DNA of 64,000 nt, taken from the NCBI GenBank assembly GCA_004431415.1, contig QPMI01000519.1:124001-188000 (forward strand). The letters are read 5' to 3'. Made by a program: the position numbers and the translations under genes. The notes beneath the pieces are model-generated. The model made no database searches and was not told where the DNA came from. It was given only the letters and a program-made list of their open reading frames with translations. This document shows, in pieces, positions 23,323 through 36,200 of the stretch (position 1 is its first letter; each line of letters opens with the position of its first letter). Source of the stretch: Cyanophora paradoxa CCMP329 (Eukaryota; Plantae; Glaucophyta).

Positions 23323-26300
23323 ATGGGGGGGCACGTGTTCGTGGTCAAGTGCGAATTCGCGCTGCGCGCGCTGTGCATTGCGCTCATTGTCGCTTCGGCA
23401 ACTGCTGGGGTCACATCTTACGGCGTCAGCCCGGGTGGCTACATTGCTTCGTCGACCACATCAGCGTTCAATGTCACTGCGACCGGCTTCACCAGTGAAA
23501 ATCCGCCGGATCAGGATTTGGCGGTCTGGTCCGCGCCGTCTGTACATGTTAGCCCAAATTCGATTTAAGGCCAAATTAAATACAAAACGCGACCGTCGAC
23601 TGCTATTAATAATATGTTTACATATATGTATATTCGAGCACAAACTTTCGAGCACGAATCTATGATCTAGATCTATAAGCCTTATGTTTATGTGTATATA
23701 ACTATAATCACGGCCCTTAAAAAACCTTGTAACTAACTTATTCAGCTCGCGATTCGGCCTTCGAATTCGATTTGATGTGAATCGACCGTCGGACCGCACG
23801 CAGGACGATCACAGCGGCCGCAGCGGGGGATCGCGTCCAGCTTGAATTCACCACGTTCGCATCAGGAAAAGATTTCTTGCGGGTAATACAGTGCGATGCG
23901 CGTGCGTACATGTGTGCTTTGAGCGGCAGCTGAGCGTGATCTATACGCTCGTTTTTGAAGGTGGTCGACCTCGGAGCTTCGCCTCCTGTGCTTCTGGCTT
24001 CCTTTATCGACACATCGGCGTTGCCGATAAGCTTCACGAGTGCTTCCGACACACTAAGTCTGCTTGTGTATGCCCCATGGAACTCTCTGAAGAGCACAGA
24101 GCCATCACAAGGCTTTACCATTCGATTTAATGCAACATACAAGAGCGTCGCCTCAAGCGGTGCGTTCAAAGCACATGTATACGTACATCACTGAGTCATG
24201 CTCATGAGCATCCCTTCAATCTGTGATTATAATTTATTAATTTGTTTGTCGTGGCATATTACATCCCGCGGGGCCGGGGTTCGATTCGCCCCACCGCATG
24301 CGCAGCCTCTCAAAACATATAATTTTTTTTTTTTTTTGGTGAATTACCGGCCACAGTCTCTAGACACCAGAAAAAAACATATAATTAATATTTGTGAGCA
24401 AGCAATATATATATATATTGCTCGTTATCATGATGCATTACCCGGCCGCGGCGCGGAATAAGTCCTAGCCAGTACTATAACGTAACACATATAACTTTTC
24501 GAACTGTATACCTACTTTCTCTCATGAATTCGAATTAACAAGAAACGCCGAATTTCGACAGTGACGGCCAGCAGTCCCGCAGACTTGTCTTCCATTCCTG
24601 TGACAGAGGCGGACAATGCCATTTCCATCCCAGCAAGATTCAACTCGACCGTCGTCAGCGTATCCCCTGGCGTTGAGTCTGCATTCGACCTACCGCGATA
24701 CACCACAAGCCCTGGAGAAACATCCGGACCTGAAGATTTCCGCCTAGTGATCTGGTGCGCTCCATCGATCGCATGCAGGCGCTATGTGCATTTTCCGTAT
24801 CTTTTTATTCCATAAAACTTTGGAAACAGGCACATCAAACTGGCCTCATCGATTTCTTCTATTCCAAGCAACTGCGAGAATCAGATCACACTTGCGTTTT
24901 CTGTCCTAGACGTGGAAACATTCGATCCCATTCACGTAAGCTCGAATTTGGCTCAATTCGGCACATGTATGCGTACATGAGTCAACAGCTCATGGGACGC
25001 CGGGCAGATTGTCGAGCTGAAGCCAGCTGCTCGCCCTGGGAGCAACGCTGTTTCTTTGCTTGGATTGTATATTGGCCCTGAGAGTAACCTGAAATTCGTG
25101 ACTTCAAAAGACAACCAATTTCTTATAGTGTTCACTTCGGATCTCGTGAACATTCCTTCGGATCCAGACAGAGGTTATCCGGGCATGAGTGCAACGGCGA
25201 CAATTGGTGCGCGGGCTGCATATCGTCCTCCTCGCCATTATAATTTATAAATTATAATTACGTGTTCCTCTCACCTTGCTAGCGCTGATGTAGTGCCGCG
25301 CGCATTCGCAAAATTGGATCTCGTAGTCTGCACCACCTCAGCCGTCACCCCGTCGCCCAGCCCCTCGCCCAGCCCCTCGCCCAGCCCCTCGCCCAGCCCC
25401 TCGCCCAGCCCCTCGCCCAGCCCCTCGCCCAGCCCCTCGCCCAGCCCCTCGCCCAGCCCCTCGCCCAGTCCCTCGCCCAGCCCTCGCCCAGCCCCTCGCC
25501 CAGCCCCTCGCCCAGCCCCTCGCCCAGCCCCTCGCCCAGCCCCTCGCCCAGCCCCTCGCCCAGTCCCTCGCCCTCGCAGAGCAGCCCGGACCCATCGATC
25601 CCAATCTCGCCCACCCCATCCCCAAGCCCCAGCGCTAGCCCGTCGCCGAGCCCCAGCCCGTCGCCGAGCCCCAGCCCGTCGCCGAGCCCCAGCCCGTCGC
25701 CGAGCCCCAGCCCGTCGCCGAGCTCGAGCCCCAGCCCGTCGCCCTCACCGAGTCCAAGCCCTTCGCACCCAGCTGCAGCCTCGCCCACCCCACGACCGTC
25801 TCCGATCGCGAGGTTCGAGTCGTAAGCGCAAGCGCAGCTTCCGAAGCCCCGCCCTTTAATCCGTAATAAAATAATCCATAACGTTCTCTGTACAGCACCG
25901 ATGCCAGCCCCAGTCCGTCGCCCGCCCCGTTGCGATTTCCGCCTCTGGTCATCAAAGGAACGGTTCGTTGCAGGCGTTTTTCGATTGTATTCGAAGCGCT
26001 AAAATCTAAAACAATGATCATGAGAACCCTTTAATCCTTACAATTAAGCTTGCGCGCTATAAATTCGCAGTGGCCTTCCGAGACGGCTTCATGCAAGCGC
26101 ACGGTGCTTCGCGCGTCCGTCGTGTCTGGTGCGGATCCGCGAACAGTCAAGTACACATGGAGCTGCGCATCCTCGGACGCAACAATTTGCAGCTTCATTT
26201 CCCAGAGTGGAGTAGATCTTGCAACGGTCTCGGGCTCAGAGTGCATCATTCCGGCATCTCTGACCGTTGGTGTGCTTCCTACTTCCACGCTCTTCATGTT

Positions 26301-29300
26301 TCGATGCTTCACTCACAAGCCGGATTTTTAAACGACCGCAGGCATTGCTTACAACATTTCAGTAATCGCGGAAAACTCTCAGGGTGTTCGATCGAATCCC
26401 GTGTTTATGACGTTCCACAAATCGGCGGGTCAGGTATGTTCTAAACATTTCTCGTGTTTATTGTGAAGCACAGTGTATTTGTTTCCTAAAAACGTTTACT
26501 GAATGAGAATACCGCAGTCTCCCTCTGTTTCCGTGGACGGAGGAACGACGGTGCTCACCAAACCGAGCCGGCAAACAATCATCAAGGCTGTGGCACAGCG
26601 CGTCGTGTGCGAAACCGATGATCCGAATTTTCGTGCGCTTTCGCCTCTCCCCCAGCCGTGCACAAACAATGTCAAAACATCTAATGCTAATCGAAAGTGA
26701 CGGTCGGCGCGGGAAACAACCAGTGGATTCGGTCGACGGGCATACAAGCAATGTGGTCGTTCCCAGGCGTAACTTTAAGCTTGCCCCCTTCCGTCGCTCT
26801 CGACAAACCGGCTCTAGTCATTCCCTCGGGAATCCTTCGTCCTGGCGTCTATGACGCCGTATTCACAGCGGTGCACTTGCACACGGCGCCAGCTTCAAAT
26901 TCACAGTGCAATCGCATCCTGATTTATTTGTATTGCAGACGGATGTCGACAACGTTCCGGCGGTCTCGGCCAGCGTTGCCGTCAAAATTTTTGTGGAGGC
27001 CGAACCGTTAGCCGCGCGCATTGCAGGAGCGAGTCTCGACAGCAGCCGCACCGTTGCCTCTTCTCGCTTGATCACGCTCGACGCCGCCCCTTCGAGGGAC
27101 CCGAGCTACAGCGGCCCTGTCGCCGCGGCGGTCGGCCTCACAAGTATCTTATCTTACAAATGGAGCGCAAGATCTAAAAGAAATGGTCAGCCTCTCGCTT
27201 TTCCTGCTGGGACCGGGATGTCATCCGCCGTTTCTTTCAAGCCTTCCGATTTGGGTGCGTGAGCACGCTTTCCCGCTTTCGTGTACGTACACACATGTTG
27301 CTGTTTATGAAGCTGGTGGTGTTCGTCGCACAGGCATGCAATCTGGCGAGGAGTACGAATTCGAGCTGGAGGTGACTAGCGAGCGCTTCAAGGATGGCGC
27401 CTTCGTCGAAACCGTCAAGTCTACAACCATCACGACTCTCAGTTTGGTGGATTCTGCACCAGACGTACAGATCACTGGAACGAGCCCGAAGGATCCGCTG
27501 TTCTTGCTGCAAGGCCAGGAGGCGTCGGTGTGTAATTTATAAATAAATATCTATTCTCTGTTGGAGTGAAAGATTCAAACGAACGTGACCCTCGCAGATC
27601 CTCTGCGCCGCCTCGCTCGCCGAGAGCCCGGGCCTCAACGATGATGTCGAGTTCACGTGGTCGAACGCTGACGGCGACCCGGCTCTCGCTGACATCGGGA
27701 GGTGCCCCCGCGTTAAAGTTTCATCGAACTCGCGATGAGCACACGTAAACGCTCTTCTTGCGACGTAGATTTGCCGGTCGCGCGTCAACGAATAGCTCCC
27801 GTCTCTCTCTGGACACGACCAAGGTCGCCCTCGCCCCGGGTCGCGTCTACCGGATTCGCTGCGCTGCGCGCGCAGCGTCGCAGCCCGTCGCCGCATCCGG
27901 TGCGAACAGACGTCGACCATCGAATGAAATCAAGATTCGAATCGAACGAACCCTTGCACTGACCATGACCACGTCCCTCTCAGGCACCACGGATATTTTG
28001 ATTCGCGTTCTCGAACGCCCCTCTGGCGGTGAATGCACAATCAGCCCCTCGCAAGGGAAAGCATTGCAGACTCAGGTATGAATAAATTCCTCGCAAATCC
28101 GCACGGCGATTCCAACAGCTTTTGATCACGACGTACTGCATGCTCGCAGTTTTCCGTGACCTGCGCTGGCTTCGAGTCAAAATACAGTTCGGCTCCTGTG
28201 AACTACCAGCTAAAGGCATGCGCACGTGCGCGGTCGCGGATTGCCCCGCTCACCGCTTGCTTAAGCTCCATGGCAATTTCTCCTCTGCGCATGTCGTACG
28301 CTGATTTGCGTCGGCCTGCGCAGCTGGTCGCGAACAACGCGGAAACGCCTGTGACTCAGTCGCGCGGCTCCGACATCATGCGCACCCTGCTTCCCCGCGG
28401 AGAGGGGCCCGACAGAACGGCCAAGCTCGTCGTGCGCGTCACGGACGAGTTCGGAGCGTACGCGGACGCGCCCCTCAGCGCCGTCGTCACCTTGGATTCG
28501 ACGGACATCGCCGGCGCCCTCGGCGCGGCGACGAAGACCCTCGAGATCGTGAACGCGGATGGCGACGTCGAGGCCTCGCTCTCCTCGCTCACGACCATTT
28601 CCAGGACAGTTTCTCGTGCGCAATTTCGATCGCGGTCATGATCACTTTATCTTCGACATTGATTGTTGCGCCGCATCACATCGATACGTATACCTGCATG
28701 CCTTCAGTGCTGCTTGATGAATCCGCGGGGCCGCGGGATCGCGACCCGAGGATGCCTGCTCCCCAGAGGCCGCTTGCACAATCCGCCGTTCTTCCCATCC
28801 TCGACACCCTCGGCAGTGCGCGCGCTTGCTGTCATGTTTCGAATCTCTGCATTGTGCAGCTCTCAGGGAGCTGACGCCAAGGTTCGCGACCAGACATCGC
28901 CGCGAACAGGGCGCTTTCGAAGGAAGAAATCGTCCAGAGTCTCGGCGCAGCTTCAGCACTGAGTGATGTTCTTGTGAGGTTCGCTGCGATCGCGGGTACT
29001 AGTATTCCAGATCTAGAGCGCATCCCATTGAGCGCATGCCCGACTCGGCGCATGCATGCTCACGCGATTGCCATTCATTGAGCGCTGACGTCGACGCTGG
29101 TGCGCAGAACGCAGGCCCCAGCGCTGCAGGAGCGGCTGGTCGCTTATATTGGAAATCTCCTCGGCCGGCTGGACCCATGCACTGATTTCGGTTCAATTTT
29201 GCTCTCCATATTCGCGCTTCGGTAAATGAATCTGCACGTGGTGTACTTAAGCAAAGCTTTCTTTGCGCGCGCAGACGAAGTCTCTGGTATTGTTCTCGCT

Positions 29301-30906
29301 GCTATCGGTGACAAAGAATTTGAAAGCTTTTCAAACATTTACGCGCCACTCCCTCATAATTAATCACGATCACTGGTGCTCACAGATTCTTTTTGCGCTT
29401 CCGAGGGCTGGGGCGGCAAGGACAACACCACGGCGCTTTTTTCCGCCACCGAGGACCTGCTGAGGGCGTTTGCCGGTCGCGCGGCGAGCTGCCGGGGATG
29501 CGGATCGGGGACCCAATCCAAGCCCGGGACTCGCTTCTCCCTCACTGTCGCGAAGGGTGAGCGCTCCTTGCACCCTCGAGCTCGAGAATACTGTATGCTT
29601 AAGCGTAGCGATTTTTTATAATTCGCGCACTCATCGCAGTTTGCCTCACCGGCAACGAGCCGAAGTCCCTTCAGTCCCCCCCGAGCGCCGAGGGAGGCTC
29701 CGCACTGTCCGCCGCCGGCCTCACGCTTCCGGCGGAAGTGATCGAACGTGCCAAAATGTCTCTCAAGACGGGAGACGCCGACTCTGCCGGTGCGCTTACG
29801 TTACCCGCTGCAGCTGCACGCGTATGCGCGTTCTAGATCATATTTGAAAGTTTAAATGTTTTTACATTTCGCGTCATTTATGCTTCGACACCTTTCCACT
29901 TGCAACCAGGAATTGTACTCTACCACTACCTTCGAAACCCGTACCCCGAGATCAGAGCCCCGTCTGGAATGGGAAACCGGTCCGCATGTTCGGGGCGATC
30001 CCTGGGGCGCGCGCTCGATCCCAGGGCGAAACGTGAATAACCTTAAGCTTGTGGGGGTGCGCAGGCCGGAGAGCATCGCGATCTCGGCGACGGTTCTGGA
30101 GGCGTCTGTCCTGAACGTGCCCGTCGCGAACCTGGCCACGCCCATGCGATTCGAGATACCGTTCCCCGAGGGCGTCACACCGGCGCCCCCGCTGGATTTG
30201 CTCTTCTTCAACACCACAACGCAGGCTTGGTCCAGCTGCAGCAACGCGGTGCGAGACGCGCTGACTCCGAACGTCATACATAATTATTTTCCACGATCTC
30301 GAGGCACTCCGGGATCCTTGCCTCGCAATATTAATCGCGGTTGGATATCGATCACTCTTGAACTCGAGTACGTATACCGCAGTCCCTGGAGCAAAGGGCG
30401 GGCCCAACTGGAGCTCTCGTATATTACGCGTGCGTTAATGTTATGTATCGTGTCTGAGTTCTGAGACTCCATGTAAGAATGGATTCGACAGGATCGGCAC
30501 TTGCGACCACCTCACTGCATTCTCAATTGGCACCGCCGAGCGGCGGGCTGGCGTCGTGGGAGGCGCCGGCACCAGCGCGAATTCGGCGCTGGCGCCATCT
30601 CTCACGGGCGAGATCGGGCGCAGCGGCGACAGCGCCTCGACGGTCGCCATCGCGGTCGGCGTGGCGGTCGGCGGCGTCGCCCTCATTGTCGCTCTTGCCG
30701 TCGGCGTCTGGTGTCTCGTGGCCGGCCGCGGACGCGGCCGCGGGCACCGTAGCTCCACCAAGAAAGAGCTTGAGGGGCAGAACGCATACCCCTCTAACCA
30801 AGGCGACCTCACCGCCGTCCACATTAATATTGACGAACGCGAACCGAAGAATCGCCGGAACCGCAACGATCGCGACGAAGACGCTGATTTTGTCCTGACC
30901 CTTTAA
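23323..30906 (+). CDS. Polycystin-1/REJ-like single-pass surface receptor: signal peptide, 2 CUB-like domains, (Ser-Pro)n stalk, REJ module, GAIN/GPS, 1 TM, short tail; multi-exon
   Basis: Signal peptide [21 protein letters not shown]-like W|[26 protein letters not shown] and FLIVFTSD...[13 protein letters not shown] motifs [40 protein letters not shown]...[26 protein letters not shown]...[11 protein letters not shown] (HLT 30508-30516). [28 protein letters not shown]; stop 30906. There is one apparent 1-bp deletion in the SP repeat. Confidence 0.85.
24323..24370 (-). mobile_element. Extremely 5'-truncated non-LTR retroelement (33 bp + polyA) in an intron of the REJ gene
   Basis: T15-ggtgaattaccggccacagtctctagacaccag is identical to the start of the 31091 element; TSD aaaacatataa at 24312-24322 and 24374-24384. 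Confidence 0.85.
25349..25761 (+). repeat. 12-bp tandem repeat (CCCAGCCCCTCG) and 18-bp variant repeats encoding a Ser-Pro stalk
   Basis: Read directly; translates to (SP)n in the REJ gene frame. Confidence 0.9.
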
Positions 30907-31090
30907 TTCGATTTAAGCGGCTGTTCGCGAGAACGCACACGCGATTGCGTGAGTAGAGATATAGCTATATGGAGTAAGTACGAAGCATAGGAAATCCCGC
31001 ACGATGAGTGGCACATCAACACATGCATCACAGGCATAATTGGCATGGAAGTTTCTTGAGTGAATATTTCGTAATTTTGATGTATATGTA

Positions 31091-31809
31091 TTTTTTTTTT
31101 TGGTGAATTACCGGCCACAGTCTCTAGACACCAGCACTGCGGGGGCTGCCCAGGGGGCCTAAAGACAAAAAAGCAAAATAACTAAGACAAGAGCACGAAG
31201 AAAGATAAGACAAAGAGCCAAAATCGACAATAAAAAAGAAAAGACACAGAGCTCGAGACAGATCGAGAAGAGACGAGAAATCGATCGCGAGCAGATCTAG
31301 GGACAGAGGATGACTGACACGAAGAAGAGCCAGAGCTAGAGATACCATCAATATCGGAAGGAATTACATCACTAAGAAGCGGAGGACAAATTTGAGAAAG
31401 ATAAATAACAGGAAGCAGACAAGTAAGAGGAACAACAAGACGACGCGGAGGCGGAGGCGAAGCAGGACGACGCGAAAGGGCAGAGCTACGGCACAAGGTC
31501 GAGGAGGACACAGGAGGCGGAGCAGGCGGATCAAGAGCAGGCAAAAGGACAGTCAAAGGAATCACTAAAGCCGACCGGGGTCGAGACGGGCAGTCGAACT
31601 GCAAACGACGGCGAACAACAGGTCGGGCACGAGGACTATAGCTAGTATTGAAACTAACTCTAGCATCAACACTACGATCAGAATCCGAACTAGACCGAAC
31701 TAAACTATAAGACGAAGTACGCCGGCGCCGGCGGGATACGACCAGCGAAGCAGAAGACGAAGGCAAAGGCGGCGGTCCGGTATCAAGAACAAAGGCCGGA
31801 GGGTCCGGC
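31091..31809 (-). mobile_element. 5'-truncated non-LTR retrotransposon (LINE/SINE) 3' end with polyA tail
   Basis: PolyT at the left end, same terminal 33 bp as 24338-24370, and a 10-bp TSD tgtatatgta at 31081-31090 and 31810-31819. Strongly purine-skewed on the + strand. A Ser/Pro/Arg-rich frame is open on minus from the truncation point to 31182. Confidence 0.85.
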
Positions 31810-33290
31810 TGTATATGTAGGTGGCACAGATTTTAGCATGCATGTGCATGAGCATTGACAGATTTGAAAGCGTTTATTTGTATCACTTAGGTTTAAATTT
31901 TGCAAACAGCGACTACATCTACGGTGACAAAGTCAGCATGCATATGTTTGGTACGGTAGCATTCTAGCCGATCCAGGTATATTCATTCTGAATCCTGCAG
32001 TTGCAACTTTATGTCGCTGTGTCATTCTGTGCAAGTGCTTTTCGTGCCGACGTCGAAGTCTCGGGAGATCTAGAACTGCATGGAGAATTGCGGAAATTCA
32101 TGATCAAGCGAATTAAAACGTTAACAAACCCGGATTCGCTGATCGCTGCAGGGTTATTCCGTCGACAACATGAGCTCATGCATATGGGAGAACTCCGCGT
32201 CGTTCGAATCGGCGATCGCCCAGGCCTAGGCCGAGTACAGGCCTATATATATAGCTAGCCATAGGGCATGCGCACCCGATTGGTGGCTCGACCGCGAGCT
32301 CGTATATATATATCTGGAGCGCCAGTAAATTAAAGTTCAAAGCTCAGCAGTGAGCTCGACTCGGCGACATCGATATCGATATATATCGATGAAAAGAAAT
32401 GTGAAGGCTAACTATATTTCGAGGCTCTAATGACACCAACAGGAAAATGAATTGAACGTTAACCTCATGATCACAAATGGCGCAGCTCGCACATGCATAT
32501 GCTGCGCATATGCATGCGACCCGCGCGACCGGCGAGCATGTGATGATCTTGTACATCTAGAGGCCAGATCTAGAGTGGTCCGGGTCCAAGCGGATCGGGA
32601 ACTCTCCGAAGTCGCAGCGGAGCACCACGAGGTGGACGATCGCGAGGCCCGGCGCGGCCCGCGAGCTCGAGCCGGCCGCGGGCCAGGGATACCGTGATGC
32701 GTGCTGCTGCCAGGCTGCGCGGTCGACGTCGCGTTCGCCGCCGCGCGTGGAATTGCAAATTTTAAAGCGCTAGCGCTAGCGGATCCCGGAGTCCGGAGAC
32801 GGCTGCAGTGCCACGGTGCACGTGCGCGCCGCGGCGCGCGCGCAGGTACCGGTGCTGCCGAGCACGCGCCGAGGGAATGAGACTCTTGAGATGCGTTGCC
32901 TGTACTCTGAGGCTGAACATTGCAATGAATTCGAAATTTGCAAGTCGACGTCGACGTCGCTGCCAATTGCAATTGCATGCGCACCCCCGGCCCCCGCCCC
33001 CCCCCCCGCTTTCGCCGCAGCCTTTCGAATTCGCCGCAGGTGTACGCGGCAAGCTGAGCGCTGCATTTGGATCAGCGACGAGGAGTCAGCGTGTGCGCTG
33101 CATCTGTCATCGAACACGCGAGATTCTACGCCTTCTCGGTGCTCAGCTAGGACGAGCAGCAACTCGCCGGTGTCCTGGACGGGCCTCCCCCGCACGTCCC
33201 AGTGGTTCCCCTGCATCTCAGCTGGGGACTGCGCAAGCTCCAGCCAGCCCTGCGAGCAGGGGGACGCGCCCCCCGCGCCTAGCTTCCACC

Positions 33291-36200
33291 ATGGGGGCCC
33301 GCGCGAGCAGCATCTACCGCTACGCGTCGTCTTCGGGCCCGCAGAATGCATATGCACTGCCACCGACTCAGACACCCCCGGCCCTGCTCGAGCTGCCCGT
33401 CGAAATCTGGGAGGTCATCATGTCTTTCGTGCGTGGCGCCCCGCACGGGTCGCGTCTCTGCCCGACCGTGGCGCAGCTCTCGTTCGATGACTTCGTGGCG
33501 CTCGCGGCCGTGAGCTCTTCTTTCAGGTTCATCGTCCTGCGGGAGCCAGACGCCGCCCCGCGCGACGGCGAACCCCAGCTCCCGAGCGCCGCCCCGCCGA
33601 TCGGGGCCCGCCTGCCGCCGGTGCGTTTGCGCGTACTCTCCGCATGCTCCTGCGCAGCGCGCCTCGCGCCTCGCTGATCGCCGATCGCCGATCGCCGCGC
33701 GGTGTGCGCAGGCGTCGCAGGGCGAGCTGGAGGGGCGCGCGCGACGAGTGTACGAGCGCGTGCGGGCGGCGCGGCTCCGCATCGACGGCGGCTCCTTCAG
33801 CGAGCGCCCGCTCGACGCCGACTCCGAGTTCGATGGTGCGCCCCGCCGGCCCCCGCCCCTTCACCTCTCTCCGCTTCCCCGGCCGCTCACCGCGCCGCGC
33901 CGCAGACCGCAACAAGCCGACCCGCGTGCGGCAGTCCGTAGACGCGTTCGCCGTCTCGCGCGGCGGCCGCTTCGTCGCGATGCGCGTCCAGGTGCGCCCC
34001 CGCTCGGCACCGGCCCGTGCTCCTTGCTCGCCCGCCCGTACGCCGGCCCTTGACGGCACGCGCCCGCGCCCCGCAGGAGACCGCCGGGCGGCACCGCCCC
34101 GGCCCCCAGTACGCCCTCCTCGTCGACTTCGCTGAGGTCGGTGCCCCCACCACCTCGCGGCGGCGGCGAGGGGCCTGGGGCGAGGCGGGGCGGCAGGAGC
34201 CGGCGGCGGTGCACAGGCGGGAGGTGAAGCTCACGCGGGGGGCCGACCTGCTCGCCCTCGGCGTCCCGGGCACCGCCGTCGGCGGCTCCATCCACGGCGC
34301 CTTCGTGCGCCCCTCCCCCGAGCCGCCTGCTCCCCCCCGAGCCCGGGCCGGCCCCAGGAGCGGGGCGCTCTGGCGGAGGACGCCTCGGCGCTGTGCGCCG
34401 TGCGCTCCGACTTCGAGGGGCTCGCCTGGTTCGAGCTGCGCCCCCTCCTCACCGTGCGCGCCCGTACCCCCCTTGCCTTCCACCCTCCCCTGAGCCCCCC
34501 TCCCTCCTCCCACTTTCCAGGGCGAGCCGGGGGACGAGGAGCCGCCGTCTCCATCCGGACCCACCTCGTCCGCTTCGCTCGTACCCCCTCCCCGTTCCTC
34601 CTCAAGCGGCCTGGCCTCCCCCGGGTCTCCCGGGACCCCTCCGGGCCGGAACCGCCCCCCTTCCTGCGTCCGGGCTACTTTCTTCTGCTTCGCGGGTCCC
34701 GTGCCCATCGTGTGCCTCCAGATCCTGCCCCCGGTGCCGTATCCCTGCCATCAACCATAGGCCCCCCTGACTCCCGGCCCCGCGCAGCCCCTTGACACCG
34801 CGGTACCCCACCGGAGAGTGCTTGCTGGTACGGCTGACGGCGCCGTGCTCCTCGTCGACCTCGACCACGACAAGGTCCTACCCCCCCTTTTTTAAGTCGC
34901 GGTACCCCTCCTGATCCCGCTCCCGGCCCGAGCAGCCGCTGCTGCTGCGGCTCTCGCTGTCGCTGAACGCGGCGATGCGGCGGTTCGAGCGGTTCCCGCG
35001 GCCGCACGAGCTGGCGGCCTCGAGGGACCACGGCACTGTGGCCGCCCTCATCGCCGTCGACGCGTTGAACCCCGCCCGCCCCTCCTGGTGCCCCCCCTTC
35101 CGTTCTCCTCCGTCGTGCCAGCCAATGCGCATGCCCCCCAGGCACGTGCGCGCCCTCTGGCGCCGCCAGTGCGCCCTCGTCACCGCCCACGTCTCCTGCG
35201 AGCCAGGCCGCCGGTACCCTCCCCCTGCTCCTCTCGCGCTGTACCCGCCGAGCGCCTCGCGGGCAGGCCGCGGCTGGAGGTCTCGGAGGACGGCGTTGCG
35301 GTGGTGGTGACGACAGAGCCCGAGGGCGGCGGGGGCGTCCGGCGGGCCGCTCTGTACCCCGACGGCTCCTGGCGGCCCCTCGCGGCGCCGCCGGGCGGGG
35401 CGGCGGCGCCCGTGCTGCACGACCGGCCGGGGGGCGGCCCGGCCTCGTTTGTCCCGGGCCGGCCTCGCTCCTCCGCGCCGCCTCGCCCGCCATCCTCGAC
35501 CTCGTCACCCCGGCCGCGCCCCCGGCGGGGGCCGCGCCCGGGGCGCGCTGGCGGAGGCGCACGCGCCGGGGCGGGAGGAGGCGGTGGCGCTGGTGCGGGG
35601 CGGGGGGCGCAGGGCGAGGAGGGGGCCGCCGGGGAGCCCTTTGAGCTCCTCCTCTTCCGGCGCCCCGCCCTCGCCGAGGGCTGGGCCCCCGCCGCCGCCC
35701 CGCCCGCCCCGACCTCCTCCGCGTCGTCGCCGCCGGCCGCGTCGCCCCGGGCGCCGCCGCCACGCGCCTCTGGCGCCGGGGCGGGCCTCGCACGCGGTGC
35801 TGCCGCCGAACAGCCGGGGGCCGGCCTCGCCGCCGCGCTCGCGGGCCTCGCGCGCCGGCAACGCGATCATGTCCTTCCTCACGGGCTCGGCCGACGCGGA
35901 CGGGGAGGAGCGGGCGGAGTGCATGGGCGGCGCCGGCGGCCCCGGCCCCTCCCCCTCCTCCTCGGGCTCCCTCGTGCCCGTCGTGAACGGCCTGCCGGGC
36001 ACCTCGGGCAACGCCGGCGGGCGCCGCCTCTCCGCCAAGGAGCGCAAGCTGCTCTTCCGGGCCCTCGACGCGTACCCCCTGGAGGCGGAGCTCCCGCGGC
36101 GCACGAAGCGCGCTCTGGACCAGTCCCGCCCCAAGGCCTGCACCTTCGAGACCGCCCGCGAGCTCCTCGGCAGCTTCGAGGGAGTGCGCCGCGCGCGCCC

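Noticed and set aside
24265-24300. tRNA (GGTTCGATTC T-arm-like motif)
   Set aside because: No cloverleaf can be built. The motif arises from a small insertion in a hairpin also found at 54750.
25338-26021. WARG / GLGEG / GWGSAT repeat ORFs on the minus strand
   Set aside because: Antisense readings of the Ser-Pro repeat.
32427-32984. Minus-strand ORF before the second F-box gene
   Set aside because: Palindrome-rich, with no motif and no consistent splice structure.
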